The notes: generated by a model not told the origin, from the letters alone. Shown: positions 1 through 13,487, counted from the first letter of the stretch. The stretch: 64,000 nt of DNA from Balanoglossus misakiensis (GCA_040954595.2 CM082597.2:6411849-6475848); one strand, 5' to 3'. Translations and numbers: made by a program.

Positions 1-278
1 TTTACTATCAATCACGTGATTTGGCCATGTGACACACGGCGTTGTCATTTCCAGATGACGGGCAAGCAATATTTCGCCATCCAGTAAAAGTTTTTCCGAG
101 TATGTTTTTACTCTAGAACTGCCAGACACGTATGGTAAGGTGCCTTATCAGCCTCATGGAGTTTCGTCTGCACAGTCTTTGGCTGCACCACTTTGTTGAA
201 GTTGCCCGTCATCTGGAAATTTGAATGCGAACGTAACTGCCGCCTGAGCGCGTCTGACGTCATTTGATATCGAAGAAT
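1..278. mobile_element. ~280-bp MITE-like interspersed repeat (also ~3023-3304, and inverted at ~55308-55596)
   Basis: Imperfect terminal inverted repeats ATTCTTTACTATCAA...TTGATATCGAAGAAT and an internal inverted repeat ATTTCCAGATGACGGGCAA/TTGCCCGTCATCTGGAAAT. A diverged reverse-complement copy lies in a VWCE-like intron. Confidence 0.75.
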
Positions 279-3200
279 AACTATCAGGTAGTACATGAAG
301 ACAAACTTATCAATTTCCTTGATAGTCATCACTGTAGAATGATACCGAAGTCTGACAACATTTGACAGATAATCATGGAAATCACGCACAAAGAGCCTAT
401 GCGAGAGCCGGTGTTTACATCTGATTCATGCAGACCCATCCTCCAAACTATTGCCAATGAAATGGATGCCATGTCTTTCACAACACACAATAAATCCCCT
501 AAGCTACGGTACATAGTAAAACATTTGAACATTACGAAAGTTTATTCATATAAATATTAATATCTATTTTACTACTTTTTATTATAAATCTTGCACTAAA
601 TTACATCCTCGTTTAAATCCTTTCCAGTGACATGGGCCACATCTGGTAAGAAGGAATACAGTCAGACTGCCTTAAGGTTTGGTCTTGGACAAAAAGCTGC
701 TTGCTTCCAAGATCCTGCTGAACTGGAGAAGACGCTGACATGTTTCTTTTTTTCGCTTGCTTGGATAACACAATGGACGCAAAGTACAGTAAGCATGCAG
801 TGTACAGGAATTTGAGGAAACAGTTTGGTATGCATACCAACTTTTTGAGACCGACTGTCGAGCCTTTTATTTTATCAACAGTTGATTTTAGCATTGATTC
901 ATTGTATTTATGTTAGATAGCAAGATCTGCCAATAACGCATGTCTTCTGCTGTACCTCCGTGTTGGCATCTGGTACATCCAAAAGCATTAAATTAAAGAC
1001 AGTCCACCTGAACATACTCATGATCTGGCAGCTAGCTAGAGACACTTGTAGTTTGAAGCTTGCAAGTTTAGAAAATGGCGGCAAAATGACTTTGGCCAAT
1101 TACTACCTTTGTTTCACATCATCTGATATCAATTAAGGTCAACCAAAGTTGGAGATCATAAAAAGGTTAATTCTTGTGTCCCTGCATGGATTTGTACCTT
1201 TGAGAATTATTCTTGCATCATTTCTGCATAGAGAAAAGCTTTGCATCTTTGCGGCTACTTTGCGGCAAGCTCTTGTGTCCTTATTGCAAGGATTACCACC
1301 TCTACTGTGGAGCCCCATTTAGTTGCGACCTGCCGCATTGCCACTGCTGCAGAGACACTCTCTGCGAGAACACCACAGCGTGTCTGCAAGAGCACCAGAA
1401 TGCCTTCACAGCAGAACTGCTGCAGAGCTGCTGCAGGCTGCTGCTTTGTTGGCATCTTGAACTATTTTTGAGAACGCGCGGCACGACAGTTTGCTGCGCG
1501 TGCGAGCGACATACGGGGCATAGGACGCTAGTGGAGAGGGGTGTTGTAAAATTCGGTTATTAGAAGCTGTAATAACGTTTTCAAAGCTGGCGGTTTTGCC
1601 ATGTTGAATGTATCATTTTTACTTCTTTGAAATTCTCAATGCAAAAAAATTGTTAGCATGATATTTTGAAAGAGAACGTAGACAATTTTATTTAGAATGC
1701 GGATGTGCCCATCGTAATGAAAGCTGCCAACCCCCTTAAAATGATACTACGGCCCACACGTCATACGTCGCAACATGGCTACTGCCGTGATCCAAGGGCG
1801 CCCGGTTCAAATTTGAAATTGTTTTTCTCGGCGCATTTTCGCAAATCGTACTGTTTTATAGGTAGGCATGTATGATAAAGGGGTTATTACACGAATTTTG
1901 GTCGATAATGCAACGCATTCTCGTAAGTCGTTATCGATATAATGTTCGTCATTATGGGGAACTGAATTATATTAAAATTAAAATGTTTTTTTTTTTTTGC
2001 CGAGTTTCCAGCTGAGCCTTTTAAAACTTAGAATTAAGACCACTTATGCTAGTAAAACCACCAGAAACAGAATTTACTCAGAATTTGTTTTCCGTGCTGT
2101 CGTTAAATTAAATCACAAGTACCTTCACAGAGAACAATAGTTTCTGGGTGAATTATTAATTGAATAATCAACTGAGGTGCAGTTTAATAAATGTCAAACA
2201 GTTTAACAAAAGATTAATTCGCAAATTAGTCTCTGGTAAGGTTACAAGGTGACTCCTGCCAGACTGAGTGATTAATTGCTACAATTTTATTTATTTTGTT
2301 GTAAAATGAGAGTGTCAGGCTTAACGATATGATGAAAGCAAACAACATACATTGTACTCTTTTGTAGTGATTGAGTAGAAGTGTCAGATAATCGCCTGTA
2401 CCCCTTCAATGCAGCAGTTAATGTAATCCCCGAGGGAGCCTACCTCAACATATGCAGGGAATTAGACGTTCTTTGCCGATGAACTATTAGTCTGAGGGGA
2501 TGGGGCAATTGCTTCATTTGGATCCCCTAGTCACCTTTAGAATCAAGAACATAATTTGTAAATATCTCACTCGTTGAGGTTGACCGGTTATGATTGGGAG
2601 GATGATGTGGACGATCAGAACATCTGACATCTACCTGCTGTTCGAATGAAAGTGCATAGTGATTGTCACTCTATATGTTCGTGTGACCAGAAAATTGTTG
2701 GATTTGTGTAGTCAGTATTCCCACATGGTGAAGCTTAGTCTTGATACTGTGATATGGATCTTTTTACCTGAGATACATGCATTTCCTGCCATTCCTTTCA
2801 ATACAGTTTGAGTTTGTTCTTGCCCAAACGACTATTTCAGAATGTACATTGTAGTCTGTAGCTCGAATACTTGTCAGTGGATGGCAGCAAGTCGGCTACT
2901 TGCCTATTGGGTTGGCCCATACTTTATTCACGAAGTGCTTTTCGGTGACCGATCTGACCTACTGTATACATACCTGCGTTTTCTATCAGAAAGTGATCAT
3001 GAATTATTAGAAGAAGCCAGTAATTCTTTACTATCAATCACGTGATTTGGCCATGTGACACACGGCGTTGTCATTTCCAGATGACGGGCAAGCAATATTT
3101 CGCCATCCAGTAAAAGTTTTTCCGAGTATGTTTTTACTATAGAACTGCATGACACGTATGGTAAGGTGCCTTATCAGCCTCATGGAGTTTCGTCTGCACA

Positions 3201-5668
3201 GTCTTTGGCTGCACCACTTTGTTGAAGTTGCCCGTCATCTGGAAATTTGAATGCGAACGTAACTGCCGCCTGAGCGCGTCTGACGTCATTTGATATCGAA
3301 GAATAACTATCAGGTAGTACATGAAGACAAACTTATCAATTTCCTTGATAGTCATCACTGTAGAATGATACCGAAGTCTGACAACATTTGACAAATAATC
3401 ATGGAAATCACGCACAAAGAGCCTATGCGAGAGCCGGTGTTTACATCTGATTCATGCAGACCCATCCTCCAAACTGTTGCCAATGATATGGATGCCATGT
3501 CTTTCACAACACACAATAAATCCCCTAAGCTACAGTACATAGTAAAACATTTGAACATTACGAAAGTTTATTCATATAAATATTAATATCTATTTTACTA
3601 CTTTTTATTATAAATCTTGCACTAAATTACATCCTCGTTTAAATCCTTTCCAGTGACATGGGCCACATCTGGTAAGAAGGAATACAGTCAGACTGTCTTA
3701 AGGTTTGGTCTTGGACAAAAAGCTGCTTGCTTCCAAGATCCTGCTGAACTGGAGAAGACGCTGACATGTTTCTTTTTTTCGCTTGCTTGGATAACACAAT
3801 GGACGCAAAGTACAGTAAGCATGCAGTGTACAGGAATTTGAGGAAACAGTTTGGTATGCATACCAACTTTTTGAGACCGACTGTCGAGCCTTTTATTTTA
3901 TCAACAGTTGATTTTAGCATTGATTCATTGTATTTATGTTAGATAGCAAGATCTGCCAATAACGCATGTCTTCTGCTGTACCTCCGTGTTGGCATCTGGT
4001 ACATCCAAAAGCATTAAATGAAAGACAGTCCACCTGAACATACTCATGATCTGGCAGCTAGCTAGAGACACTTGTAGTTTGAAGCTTGCAAGTTTAGAAA
4101 ATGGCGGCAAAATGACTTTGGCCAATTACTACCTTTGTTTCACATCATCTGATATCAATTAAGGTCAACCAAAGTTGGAGATCATAAAAAGGTTAATTCT
4201 TGTGTCCCTGCATGGATTTGTACCTTTGAGAATTATTCTTGCATCATTTCTGCATAGAGAAAAGCTTTGCATCTTTGCGGCTACTTTGCGGCAAGCTCTT
4301 GTGTCCTTATTGCAAGGATTACCACCTCTACTGTGGAGCCCCATTTAGTTGCGACCTGCCGCATTGCCACTGCTGCAGAGACACTCTCTGCGAGAACACC
4401 ACAGCGTGTCTGCAAGAGCACCAGAATGCCTTCACAGCAGAACTGCTGCAGAGCTGCTGCAGGCTGCTGCTTTGTTGGCATCTTGAACTATTTTTGAGAA
4501 CGCGCGGCACGACAGTTTGCTGCGCGTGCGAGCGACATACGGGGCATAGGACGCTAGTGGAGAGGGGTGTTGTAAAATTCGGTTATTAGAAGCTGTAATA
4601 ACGTTTTCAAAGCTGGCGGTTTTGCCATGTTGAATGTATCATTTTTACTTCTTTGAAATTCTCAATGCAAAAAAATTGTTAGCATGATATTTTGAAAGAG
4701 AACGTAGACAATTTTATTTAGAATGCGGATGTGCCCATCGTAATGAAAGCTGCCAACCCCCTTAAAATGATACTACGGCCCACACGTCATACGTCGCAAC
4801 ATGGCTACTGCCGTGATCCAAGGGCGCCCGGTTCAAATTTGAAATTGTTTTTCTCGGCGCATTTTCGCAAATCGTACTGTTTTATAGGTAGGCATGTATG
4901 ATAAAGGGGTTATTACACAAATTTTGGTCGATAATGCAACGCATTCTCGTAAGTCGTTATCGATATAATGTTCGTCATTATGGGGAACTGAATTATATTA
5001 AAATTAAAATGTTTTTTTTTTTGCCGAGTTTCCAGCTGAGCCTTTTAAAACTTAGAATTAAGACCACTTATGCTAGTAAAACCACCAGAAACAGAATTTA
5101 CTCAGAATTTGTTTTCCGTGCTGTCGTTAAATTAAATCACAAGTACCTTCACAGAGAACAATAGTTTCTGGGTGAATTATTAATTGAATAATCAACTGAG
5201 GTGCAGTTTAATAAGGTTGAGGTTGACCGGTTATGATTGGGAGGATGATGTGGACGATCAGAACATCTGACATCTACCTGCTGTTCGAATGAAAGTGCAT
5301 AGTGATTGTCACTCTATATGTTCGTGTGACCAGAAAATTGTTGGATTTGTGTAGTCAGTATTCCCACATGGTGAAGCTTAGTCTTGATACTGTGATATGG
5401 ATCTTTTTACCTGAAATACATGCATTTCCTGCCATTCCTTTCAATACAGTTTGAGTTTGTTCTTGCCCAAACGACTATTTCAGAATGTACATTGTAGTCT
5501 GTAGCTCGAATACTTGTCAGTGGATGGCAGCAAGTCGGCTACTTGCCTATTGGGTTGGCCCATACTTTATTCACGAAGTGCTTTTCGGTGACCGATCTGA
5601 CCTACTGTATACATACCTGCGTTTTCTATCAGAAAGTGATCACTGCTGAACTGGAGAAGACGCTGACA
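1..5668. repeat. Tandem segmental array, ~3026-bp unit (partial copy, full copy 741-3766, deleted copy 3767-5668)
   Basis: 1-2190 recurs almost identically at 3027-5214, and all ORFs recur at +3026. The last copy lacks the equivalents of 2191-2572 and 3000-3740. Confidence 0.95.
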
Positions 5669-6166
5669 AAACCAAAAAAAGTATATCCAGCAGAATGAGC
5701 TCAGGAAGCAGGAAAAATGAGTCTCGAAGAGTCGTAAAATGAAGGAGAATAGAGGGAAGGCAAAGAAATGCAGATAAGACAGATTCCCGGAAGGTGTAAA
5801 TGCCCTCATTAGAAGAACAGCATCTCCGGAAATTGCTAATGCTTTTAATCAAGTATTGAAGAACCACAGATGCAGATCTCTGAAATTGACGACAAATGAG
5901 ATAATTTTATAATAACAAAAAACACCAATTATCAGATATTTACATCATCTGCTTAAAGCTGTAGTATTTACTGGACAGGTAAAGGAGAAATTATTTAGAA
6001 CTTATGAAAAACATAAAATTATTTACAATATGCCTGGCAATGGTGATAATGGCGATGATGATGATAATAATTCACAGAAAAATTGTCTCATGTAATACAA
6101 ACACCCATGCATAACACAGCTTAATACACTAAATGTATTTACAGTTATAGTTACAGATTTAATAGT

Positions 6167-6167
6167 T

Positions 6168-6199
<32 letters not shown>

Positions 6200-6214
6200 T
6201 ATAGATAGATAGAT
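6167..6214. repeat. (GATA)n microsatellite
   Basis: Run of GATA units. Confidence 0.95.
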
Positions 6215-7674
6215 AATATTATAATACTCTATAGTCTGTTTTAATCTTTAACAAAAGTCACAAAACGTTTAATATAGCCAACAAATTCAGGAAATCCTGT
6301 TTAGTCCTATTTCCCTGTAAACCACCATTTGATTGCTCCCATATGAATACAACTGGACAAAAATCATTAAAGCCATATGTAACCACTGGTTACTTTGTAT
6401 TATCCGGGGACATTTCTCGAAATACTACAGACGTGCCCTCAGCAGGTACATCCAGGGTCTATGAAGTGTGTATGGAAAAACTTGAAGTACATGTGACCTG
6501 TGTGACTAATGAAAATACACCAATTGAAGTTGTAATTAAAAAAGAGTTTATTTTAAGATACAAGATCGAAAAACAGCTGGATGCAAAAGCTGCTGTATTA
6601 GAAACTTTTGAGAAAATTACGAGTTTGCTGTAATTTTTAACCTCTTGCAACATCACTGTCTTTGCAATATTTTTACATAAACATGTAATTGAGATGAAGG
6701 TTCAAATAAAAGATAAAAAAGCACATGTGAGCTTCCTTTGTAGCTGATTGATAATTATGAAACCAGTGTCAAGTCAATCCACTGTTCGACCGTTGTGTGG
6801 ATGGTATTTGTTCAGATTTGAGTTGAAAGAAAAACACACAAAAATCTGAAATGTTTACTGTTGGAGTGATTTATTACCTGAGTGTGTCCAATTCCTAATT
6901 TGTCTTTTGTTAATGTTTTTTGTTTTGTTAATTTTGGTGTTATTAATAGAGTTTGTGTTTTCTGAAGGCAAGGGTTAATCAATCCCACAGACTTGGAGCA
7001 AACCGCGTCTCATACGTAAACCGCGAACCGGGACCGGTCCCTTTTTAGATTTCTCAGTTACAGACTCATCGTGATTTGTATCCAATTTTTAATGAATTTC
7101 AAACTTCCGAGTTCTGTCATTCATGAATGAAAGCAGATAACACCAAACACAAGGTGTTTTTATCCACGTGAGCTCTAGTTTTGAATAAGATATTAAATTT
7201 AAGAAAAGTGGATTTACAGTTTTTGACTTAAATATTTTTGAATAAAATAATAGCAGAATTGAGGTTTTTTACCCCAAAAATCATACCCATGTCGGAATAT
7301 CAATATAATGTTTAAACTATAATAAATTTCAGATATTTAGTTTTCAGAAAATGTATGGTTTATGGGGGTTTCCTCTTTGTCTTCCATGAGAAATATGCCT
7401 TTGAAAAAAATTGTGCAGTAACATGCGTCGCTACCTTCAGTGTTAAAGCGTAATGATTAGAGCCATAAATAAGAGTCCCATGGACCAGAAGTGAGTCGTG
7501 TGGTCTGCCTTTGTCCATTGATGAAAGGTTCAATCAGTTTTGCATAGATATAGTACCACCGAAATGGTATGTCAAACAACATTTGACGACTATTCATGGG
7601 TTCGTCAAGCATGTGATATGATGTCATTTTTCTTTGCCTTATGATTACTAATTGTCAATTCTTATTGTTTTCAG

Positions 7675-8243
7675 GGCATATCTACAGAAACACTCATCAT
7701 TGGTGACAACAACACCCATACCATTGCACATTAAACTGAGGATTGCATGGAATTGTTACATAAGACTACTAGACATCAACTGGAAAGAAGTCTTCTCCTG
7801 TCAGCTGTGTGGAGAGAACCCTAAAGTAGTTGTGTGTGATGGAACAGCTGTTGGAATGAATAAACAGCTCCTCAAAGCATTCCCTGATCCTGATATTGAT
7901 CATCTGCCAACCATTACTGGAACAAAGCATATAGACAGAGTCTTCATATCAAGCCCCCAGGCTCCAAAGCCACTTCTTCAGTTTGCAGGGATACACCCAC
8001 AGATGAAAACAACAAGGTCTCATTTACCACCAATTCCACTTTCTGTTGAGTTTACTTCAAAAGCATTCACATTTACAATCGCTCATTTCTGTTATTGAGA
8101 GAATCAGCTCAAATGGCAGAGAAGGCCTGGCACCTCTTGCATACAGAACTTTTCTTGCAAATCTCGCAAGAAATTGTCAAGCCTCTTCACTGGTGCAAAT
8201 GCAGGAACACTCCAGAGGAAGACACTTAATTAAATGTACATAA
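7675..8243 (+). pseudogene. Degenerate KDZ (Kyakuja-Dileera-Zisupton)/HMGXB3-like transposase exon
   Basis: Acceptor tttcag, then LRIAWNCYIRLLDINWKEVFSCQLCGENPKVVVCDGTAVG, which fits the recalled W..F/Y..L...F.CxxCG..P..VV.DG motif of KDZ transposases. Apparent frameshift near 8045 into ORF 8046-8243. Confidence 0.6.
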
Positions 8244-8919
8244 GCTGCAACTGGATAAAAAATTAAACTTTTAAATAATCTCATTTATGCTGTTAATTAT
8301 GTCTATTAAATGATATTTCATGACGAGGCGTGGGTTTCCTGTTTTGTTCAAAGATACACAGTGGGAGAGGAATACTCAATGGGGTGGTATGTGAAAACTT
8401 ACCTTTTAACTCAGTTTTATGTGTAATGTGTTCGTGTGATTGTGTCCTTTTAATTATTTTTTACCAGCCTTGTATTTTTTAATCTACTCTTTTAGCTATG
8501 TACAATGCGCTGAGACGTATGTGTAGCGCATTTTAAACAAATTTTAATAATTTAATAATAATTATAAGGATGGCTAAGTGCTAACACAACAATGGAAAGA
8601 CAACAGACCTGTCTGTATCATGTCCCCTATTCATCCAGGACATGATCACAGTTTATGTCTATAGTTTGTTGTGGGTCTGCACACGACCCCCAAATGACGT
8701 CATCTGACTTACCCACCCCTCGGGCGGATATGGTTTGACCCGTACCTTTTAGCGAGAAGCAGAGACCAAGCAAGTTGTTGATCTTCGAGCTCTACAGAAT
8801 CAAGTATCTTTTATTACCTAAAAAGGTGAGCATCTGCCTTCACAAGTTTATTGACATGTTAAAGTTGACCATGATTATAAATATTTTCCACATAATTATA
8901 ATAATAATAATTAATTCAG

Positions 8920-9260
8920 ATTTATAGGCCACCAGCCTCTGTTATGCAAAATAGCACGTCACCTGAAATCTGCAGCAAAGGTGTGGCAGTCAAATTGCGT
9001 GTCATGGAGGATGAAGAGATCAGAAATTCCTTAAAGATGTTTCCATAAGGTGGACTCTCCAAAAAGATAGAAGAAATGTGTACAAGTTGGTTGTAATGGA
9101 TACTGAGCAACAGAAGCATAAAAGTAGAGGATGAATTATCAGTCTTACAGAAAGGTGTTGACAAATTGAGTGAGGCGATTAAAATTGTTTCAGCTAACTG
9201 TGGGGTAACAGTGATTAGAGATGTAAAAACAAAATTACAGAAAGTTTAAAGCAAGATGAA
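8920..9260 (+). pseudogene. Degenerate coding pseudo-exon of unknown, probably transposon, origin
   Basis: After ttcag, a ~110-codon frame with only three stops (IYRPPASVMQ...KVEDELSVLQKGVDKLSEAIKIV...). Family not recognised. Confidence 0.3.
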
Positions 9261-9732
9261 GTGAATATATATGTTTTTTATTGTGTGGAAGTTGTGCGGC
9301 TAAACAAAGTTGTGAGTGACTGACAAATTCTTCAACCCATTCGCCACAATAAAAATTTGTGGCTAACAACTTTAAAATCCTAGTGCTACCCCTGTTCAGC
9401 ACAGTAAATTTGAAACTAAATGGAGTAAAATAGAATGTAAAGCCTTGTTTGGTTACAGGTGATGTAAACCCCCCCAAAAATAAATAGATAAAGTTACACT
9501 TTCAGAAAATCTATTTAAGAAACCCTGGCTCTTTTTTTGTTTACAAAAACTAGATGAAGAAAGAATCTGAAGAAAACCAAAACACAGCTTAGAACTTAAA
9601 GAAACATGAGGTTGCCTGATATGTTGATGGCCAACCTTCACTTAGACCAGTATGTGGTCTGACATATGCTGCTATAGAAATCTCACATTTGACTAAAAGC
9701 TTTTAAATATTATGTTTTTTAAGAGGGCACAT

Positions 9733-10570
9733 GGCTGGTGAAAGTCTAGATTTGAAAGAAAATGTCAGGCAGCCAGATGTTCAACAAAGACCACCACTGG
9801 TTTACACTGATTTTATTATTTGACAGAATAGATTTCTCCAAGTCTCCAAGTGAAACCCCAAAATCTAATCTAAAATATATGCCCCTTCATCATTTATACC
9901 GATAGCAGAGGAAAGAGAAATCTTTAGATCAAATTAAATGTTTCTTGTATCAAGAATCATTACAAAGAATTTACACAAATTTAAACATCTTTCTTCACTA
10001 GTTCCCAAACATAGAGTACACAGGCACTCTCAAGAAATGAAGAGAAAAACCATGTGTGTTAATGAAAAACTTGCCAAAATGAATAATTGGTCTCTACAAT
10101 TCATTTATTCAATTTTTACTCTCATATCCTACAAATGGGATGGAAGTTGTGTGTAATCTAACGTTGATTCACTATATATACACATGTAGAATGACAGAAA
10201 CGGTGTCTTGTATCAAACATAATTAATAGAAAAAGGGCAGCGAGAGAGAGACTTTGTCCCTTTAATCTATCCAAACATGATGAAAAGATGGTTGATTTCC
10301 AGATTATTTTAGAAATCGGAGGATGATACAAAGAAGAAATCATAACAAATGTGTCATAGGGAAAACAATTTCAGATAACTGGTGATAATCTAGATCTTAA
10401 AAAAATGTCAGGCAGATGTCAGTTAATAACAGAAACAAAGACCACTGCTGGTTTACACAGAACAGATTTCTCATTGTTTCCAAATGAAATCCTAGAAGCA
10501 GATCTGACATGTACACCTCCTTTATAGTTTACACCAAAAGCAGAGGAAAGACAGTCCTTTAGATTGGAAT
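9733..10570 (+). pseudogene. Two degenerate DUF6589-like (putative AcademH-type) transposase fragments
   Basis: 9733-10052 reads GESLDLKENVRQ/NKDHHWFTLILLFDRIDFS...LVSRIITKNL...LVPKHRVHRHSQEMKRKT. 10362-10570 reads KQFQITGDNLDLKK/NVRQMSVNNRNKDHCWFT. Both carry stops or frameshifts, and a half-MITE separates them. Confidence 0.55.
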
Positions 10571-12279
10571 TAAATATTTCTTGTCTTAATTCAGGATTTA
10601 TGAATACTAAGCAGATGTACTTTTATATAAAAGAGTTTGTATGTGATATTAAAATTAATCAACCAGATGTTTTTAACAAGAGATTTACTGGTTTTGATAT
10701 ACATTTAGTTTCAGTGTTAGGTGGTAGAAAAATAGGTGACCCACCCCACCCTCCAAAAAAACTTGCTGACCCACCCTTTCGCAGACTGCAAAATAAGGAG
10801 ACCCCTCCCCCTCTGATTTGCCCCTCCCCTCCCTCAGTGTTTGTTTATCTCCCACAAACAGAGCAAAATGACCAGAAATGGTCTAGTGCAGGGATAGAAA
10901 TGTTGCATTTCTTCTTGTGATACATATCAGACAGAGATACAGACAGACACAGTGGATCCCATACTGTCCCAATAGTATATAAAATACATACATATACAAA
11001 ATGGAACTTGAAAATGAGTAGTCACCATCCCCCCAGTCTCTACTTGAGAAACCCCTTGCAGCTTTCCATTTTTCAGTGATACCATCCCCTCTATTCCTCT
11101 AACCCCCCCCCCCCCCGGCCATAATTAATGATGGCTCGCTCAAATGGGGACACACCTGATCGTAGCAACAGAAATAAAGCCATAATAGACATCAATTTTT
11201 AGTTTTTGAGCAAAAATTACAAAAATACACACGCAAATTTCACCCTAAGGAAACCACGCCCAACAATCTCACGTTATAATATAGCCAATTTGACCGAAAA
11301 TACAAAATAGCCCGACATGTGATACATAAATTCTTAGAAGCGCATCAGACTTGGAACAGCCACTTATAGTACAGGAGGATCTTGTACTGATCTGATGATA
11401 TCAGATCCCGCGAGGAGTACGGTGCCCAGAGTACATAGATCCTTGACTATACTGGATGAAGTGAAAAACGCTTCCGTTATCTGTGGAATACATGGTCTAA
11501 GGTTGTGCGACCGAAGCTACCCCCCCCCCCCCCTCTCTCTCTCTCTCTCCCTCTTTCTCTCCTAAACGTGCCACAGCGGAAATATCCGTGCAGTACTTCG
11601 GGCCGGGGCACCTCGTCGCGTCGCTGACCAGCTAAAACACGAGGTCGTAACACGCGACCGTCTCTCAACAGAAATTCCTGTCAGAAGTTAGAGACACCCT
11701 TCATAAATTCCGAGAAATCTTTTCGTCCACCACACCACGCCATTTCAACCCCACGCTGGTGAAATTGCAACAAACTGTCGTCCTGCCAATTGAAGCCCTT
11801 TATGTTACTGTCTATAATGATTGAACACCCAACTGGGCTGGGTTCTTATACACAGTGAAGCACCCGCCCTCCTCACCGCGTAGGAATAATATCCGCTACG
11901 ATGAGGGTACTGACCTCGTTCATAGCCCCCGGCCTTGTCGCACCAGCAAATCTCCTGCTTTCACACTGACAGGACCATAAACACACCAACAAAGTGTCAC
12001 TACAAAACTAGAACTAAGTAAGTTTGTGAAAATGTTATCTCTTTTTTGAAAATACCAATGATTCCATAATACGGAAATATTTGCGTGTGTGATCACAAGA
12101 GTATGACCTCTCTAGAGGGCGCTATTTGAGAGACATATCGAGGTTGGGACCTGGCTGGGTTGGAAGGTGTGCACGCCGGCAGAACCAGAATAGAGCAAGC
12201 TCAACAAACTGAATACACCCGGTATACAATAATTAAACAGGAAGCCATTGAGGTCATTTGGAATTCATTTCAGAGGCGT

Positions 12280-12350
12280 AAACTGCAAGCAATTCCAAAT
12301 TCGGCGGCTCGACTCGTTACCAGGGAATAAAAAATATGACCATATCACTC
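12280..12350 (+). mobile_element. L2/CR1-clade LINE ORF2 C-terminal fragment
   Basis: Translates KLQAIPNSAARLVTR.../KYDHIT, the recalled KLQxxQNxAARLV...DHIT motif. Confidence 0.65.
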
Positions 12351-12602
12351 ACTCAAAACGTTCGTGAATGTGTTGGAAAGTAGTGCAAACACGTCTGAGA
12401 CAGTTTTTGAAGAGGCAATGTGTTGTTGTTAGGCAGCCATAAGAATTCAATATATGTGAGAGCCTCGGCTAACATTTACTAATAATGAAAGAATTCTGAG
12501 TGTTTCCTTATTTCCCAGTGTTCTTGATTTGTGTATGTGTAGGCCCTATATGTGTGTTGTTGTTTTCATTGATTAATATAGTTAAAATATGTGAAAAAAT
12601 AT

Positions 12603-12794
12603 GTTTATTTGTTTGTTTCTTTGTTTGTTTGTTTGTTTCTTTGTTTTTGTTTGTTTCTTTCTTTCTTTCTTTATTTTATTTATTTGTTTGTTTTTGTTTC
12701 TTTGTTTGTGTGTTTGTTTGTTTCTTTGTTTGTTTGTTTGCTTCTTTCTTTATTTTATTTATTTGTTTGTTTATTTGTTTGTTTGTTTGTTTTT
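12603..12794. repeat. Degenerate (TTTG)n/(TTTA)n/(TTTC)n microsatellite
   Basis: Low-complexity run that explains three spurious ORFs. Confidence 0.95.
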
Positions 12795-13212
12795 GGCATG
12801 TTATGTGTTGGATATATATAGGGAGTGATGCTGTGGAGCAAATCAACCCTAACAGTTAAATATAAACAAATTGCATGCTTTTTCTTTTTCATAAAATACT
12901 GATCCAAATGGGGTGTAGGCCAGGTCACCAGAATAAAAGTCTCACCTCAAATAAAAGAAAAAGAAAAGACCAATTTGCAATACATAGATTCATAGTTTTA
13001 TTGAGTTTCTGAGTTGGTCCGTACGACACATCTGACGAAATTGATAGTCCAGCATAGGAGCCCATTATAATTGCAACTTTAAAATGCTTATAGGAATCAT
13101 TTCCATAGTTTCATACTTTGAAAATCAAGAAAAGAAAAGAATAACACTGCTAGCCGTTTCATAATCATGTCAAATGACAGAAAGGTGATCTGGACCAACA
13201 TTATTTGCCAAC

Positions 13213-13487
13213 TCAGTGACAGCAGAATCTGACTTTATAATCATTACAAGATCCATCACTTTGGTCGTCATTAAGACAAAGGAATCCTGTCTGTAAGTCG
13301 TACGCAGAGAACGTCTCGCCCGTCGACTGAGCTGGTGTCCCGCTGAGGGTCTCGGCAGAAATCAATGTCGGGTTGTCGCAAATTTCGCCGGGATACTCGC
13401 CTCTCAATCTGTCTAAGGTTTCATGATCTCCAGTAGCAGATGGATCATCGCGGTCGAAAAAACGTGTCCAATCATCACCGATGCAGT
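13213..13487 (-). CDS. WxxW gene exon 4 (domain 2, stop)
   Basis: ccccag|AC TGC ATC...; DCIGDDWTRFFDRDD...VRFCCH*. Confidence 0.92.

Noticed and set aside
1213-1563. Overlapping Cys-rich ORFs on both strands (repeated at 4239-4589)
   Set aside because: They arise from CTG/CAG-rich sequence inside the tandem unit; no domain or splice support.
11440-12240. CpG-rich block with TGTCAGAAGT resembling a tRNA-Leu primer-binding site of an LTR element
   Set aside because: It lacks the leading TGG, and I found no paired LTR or gag/pol ORF.
12500-12859. Hydrophobic F/V/C/L-rich ORFs resembling membrane proteins
   Set aside because: They are translations of a TTTG microsatellite.
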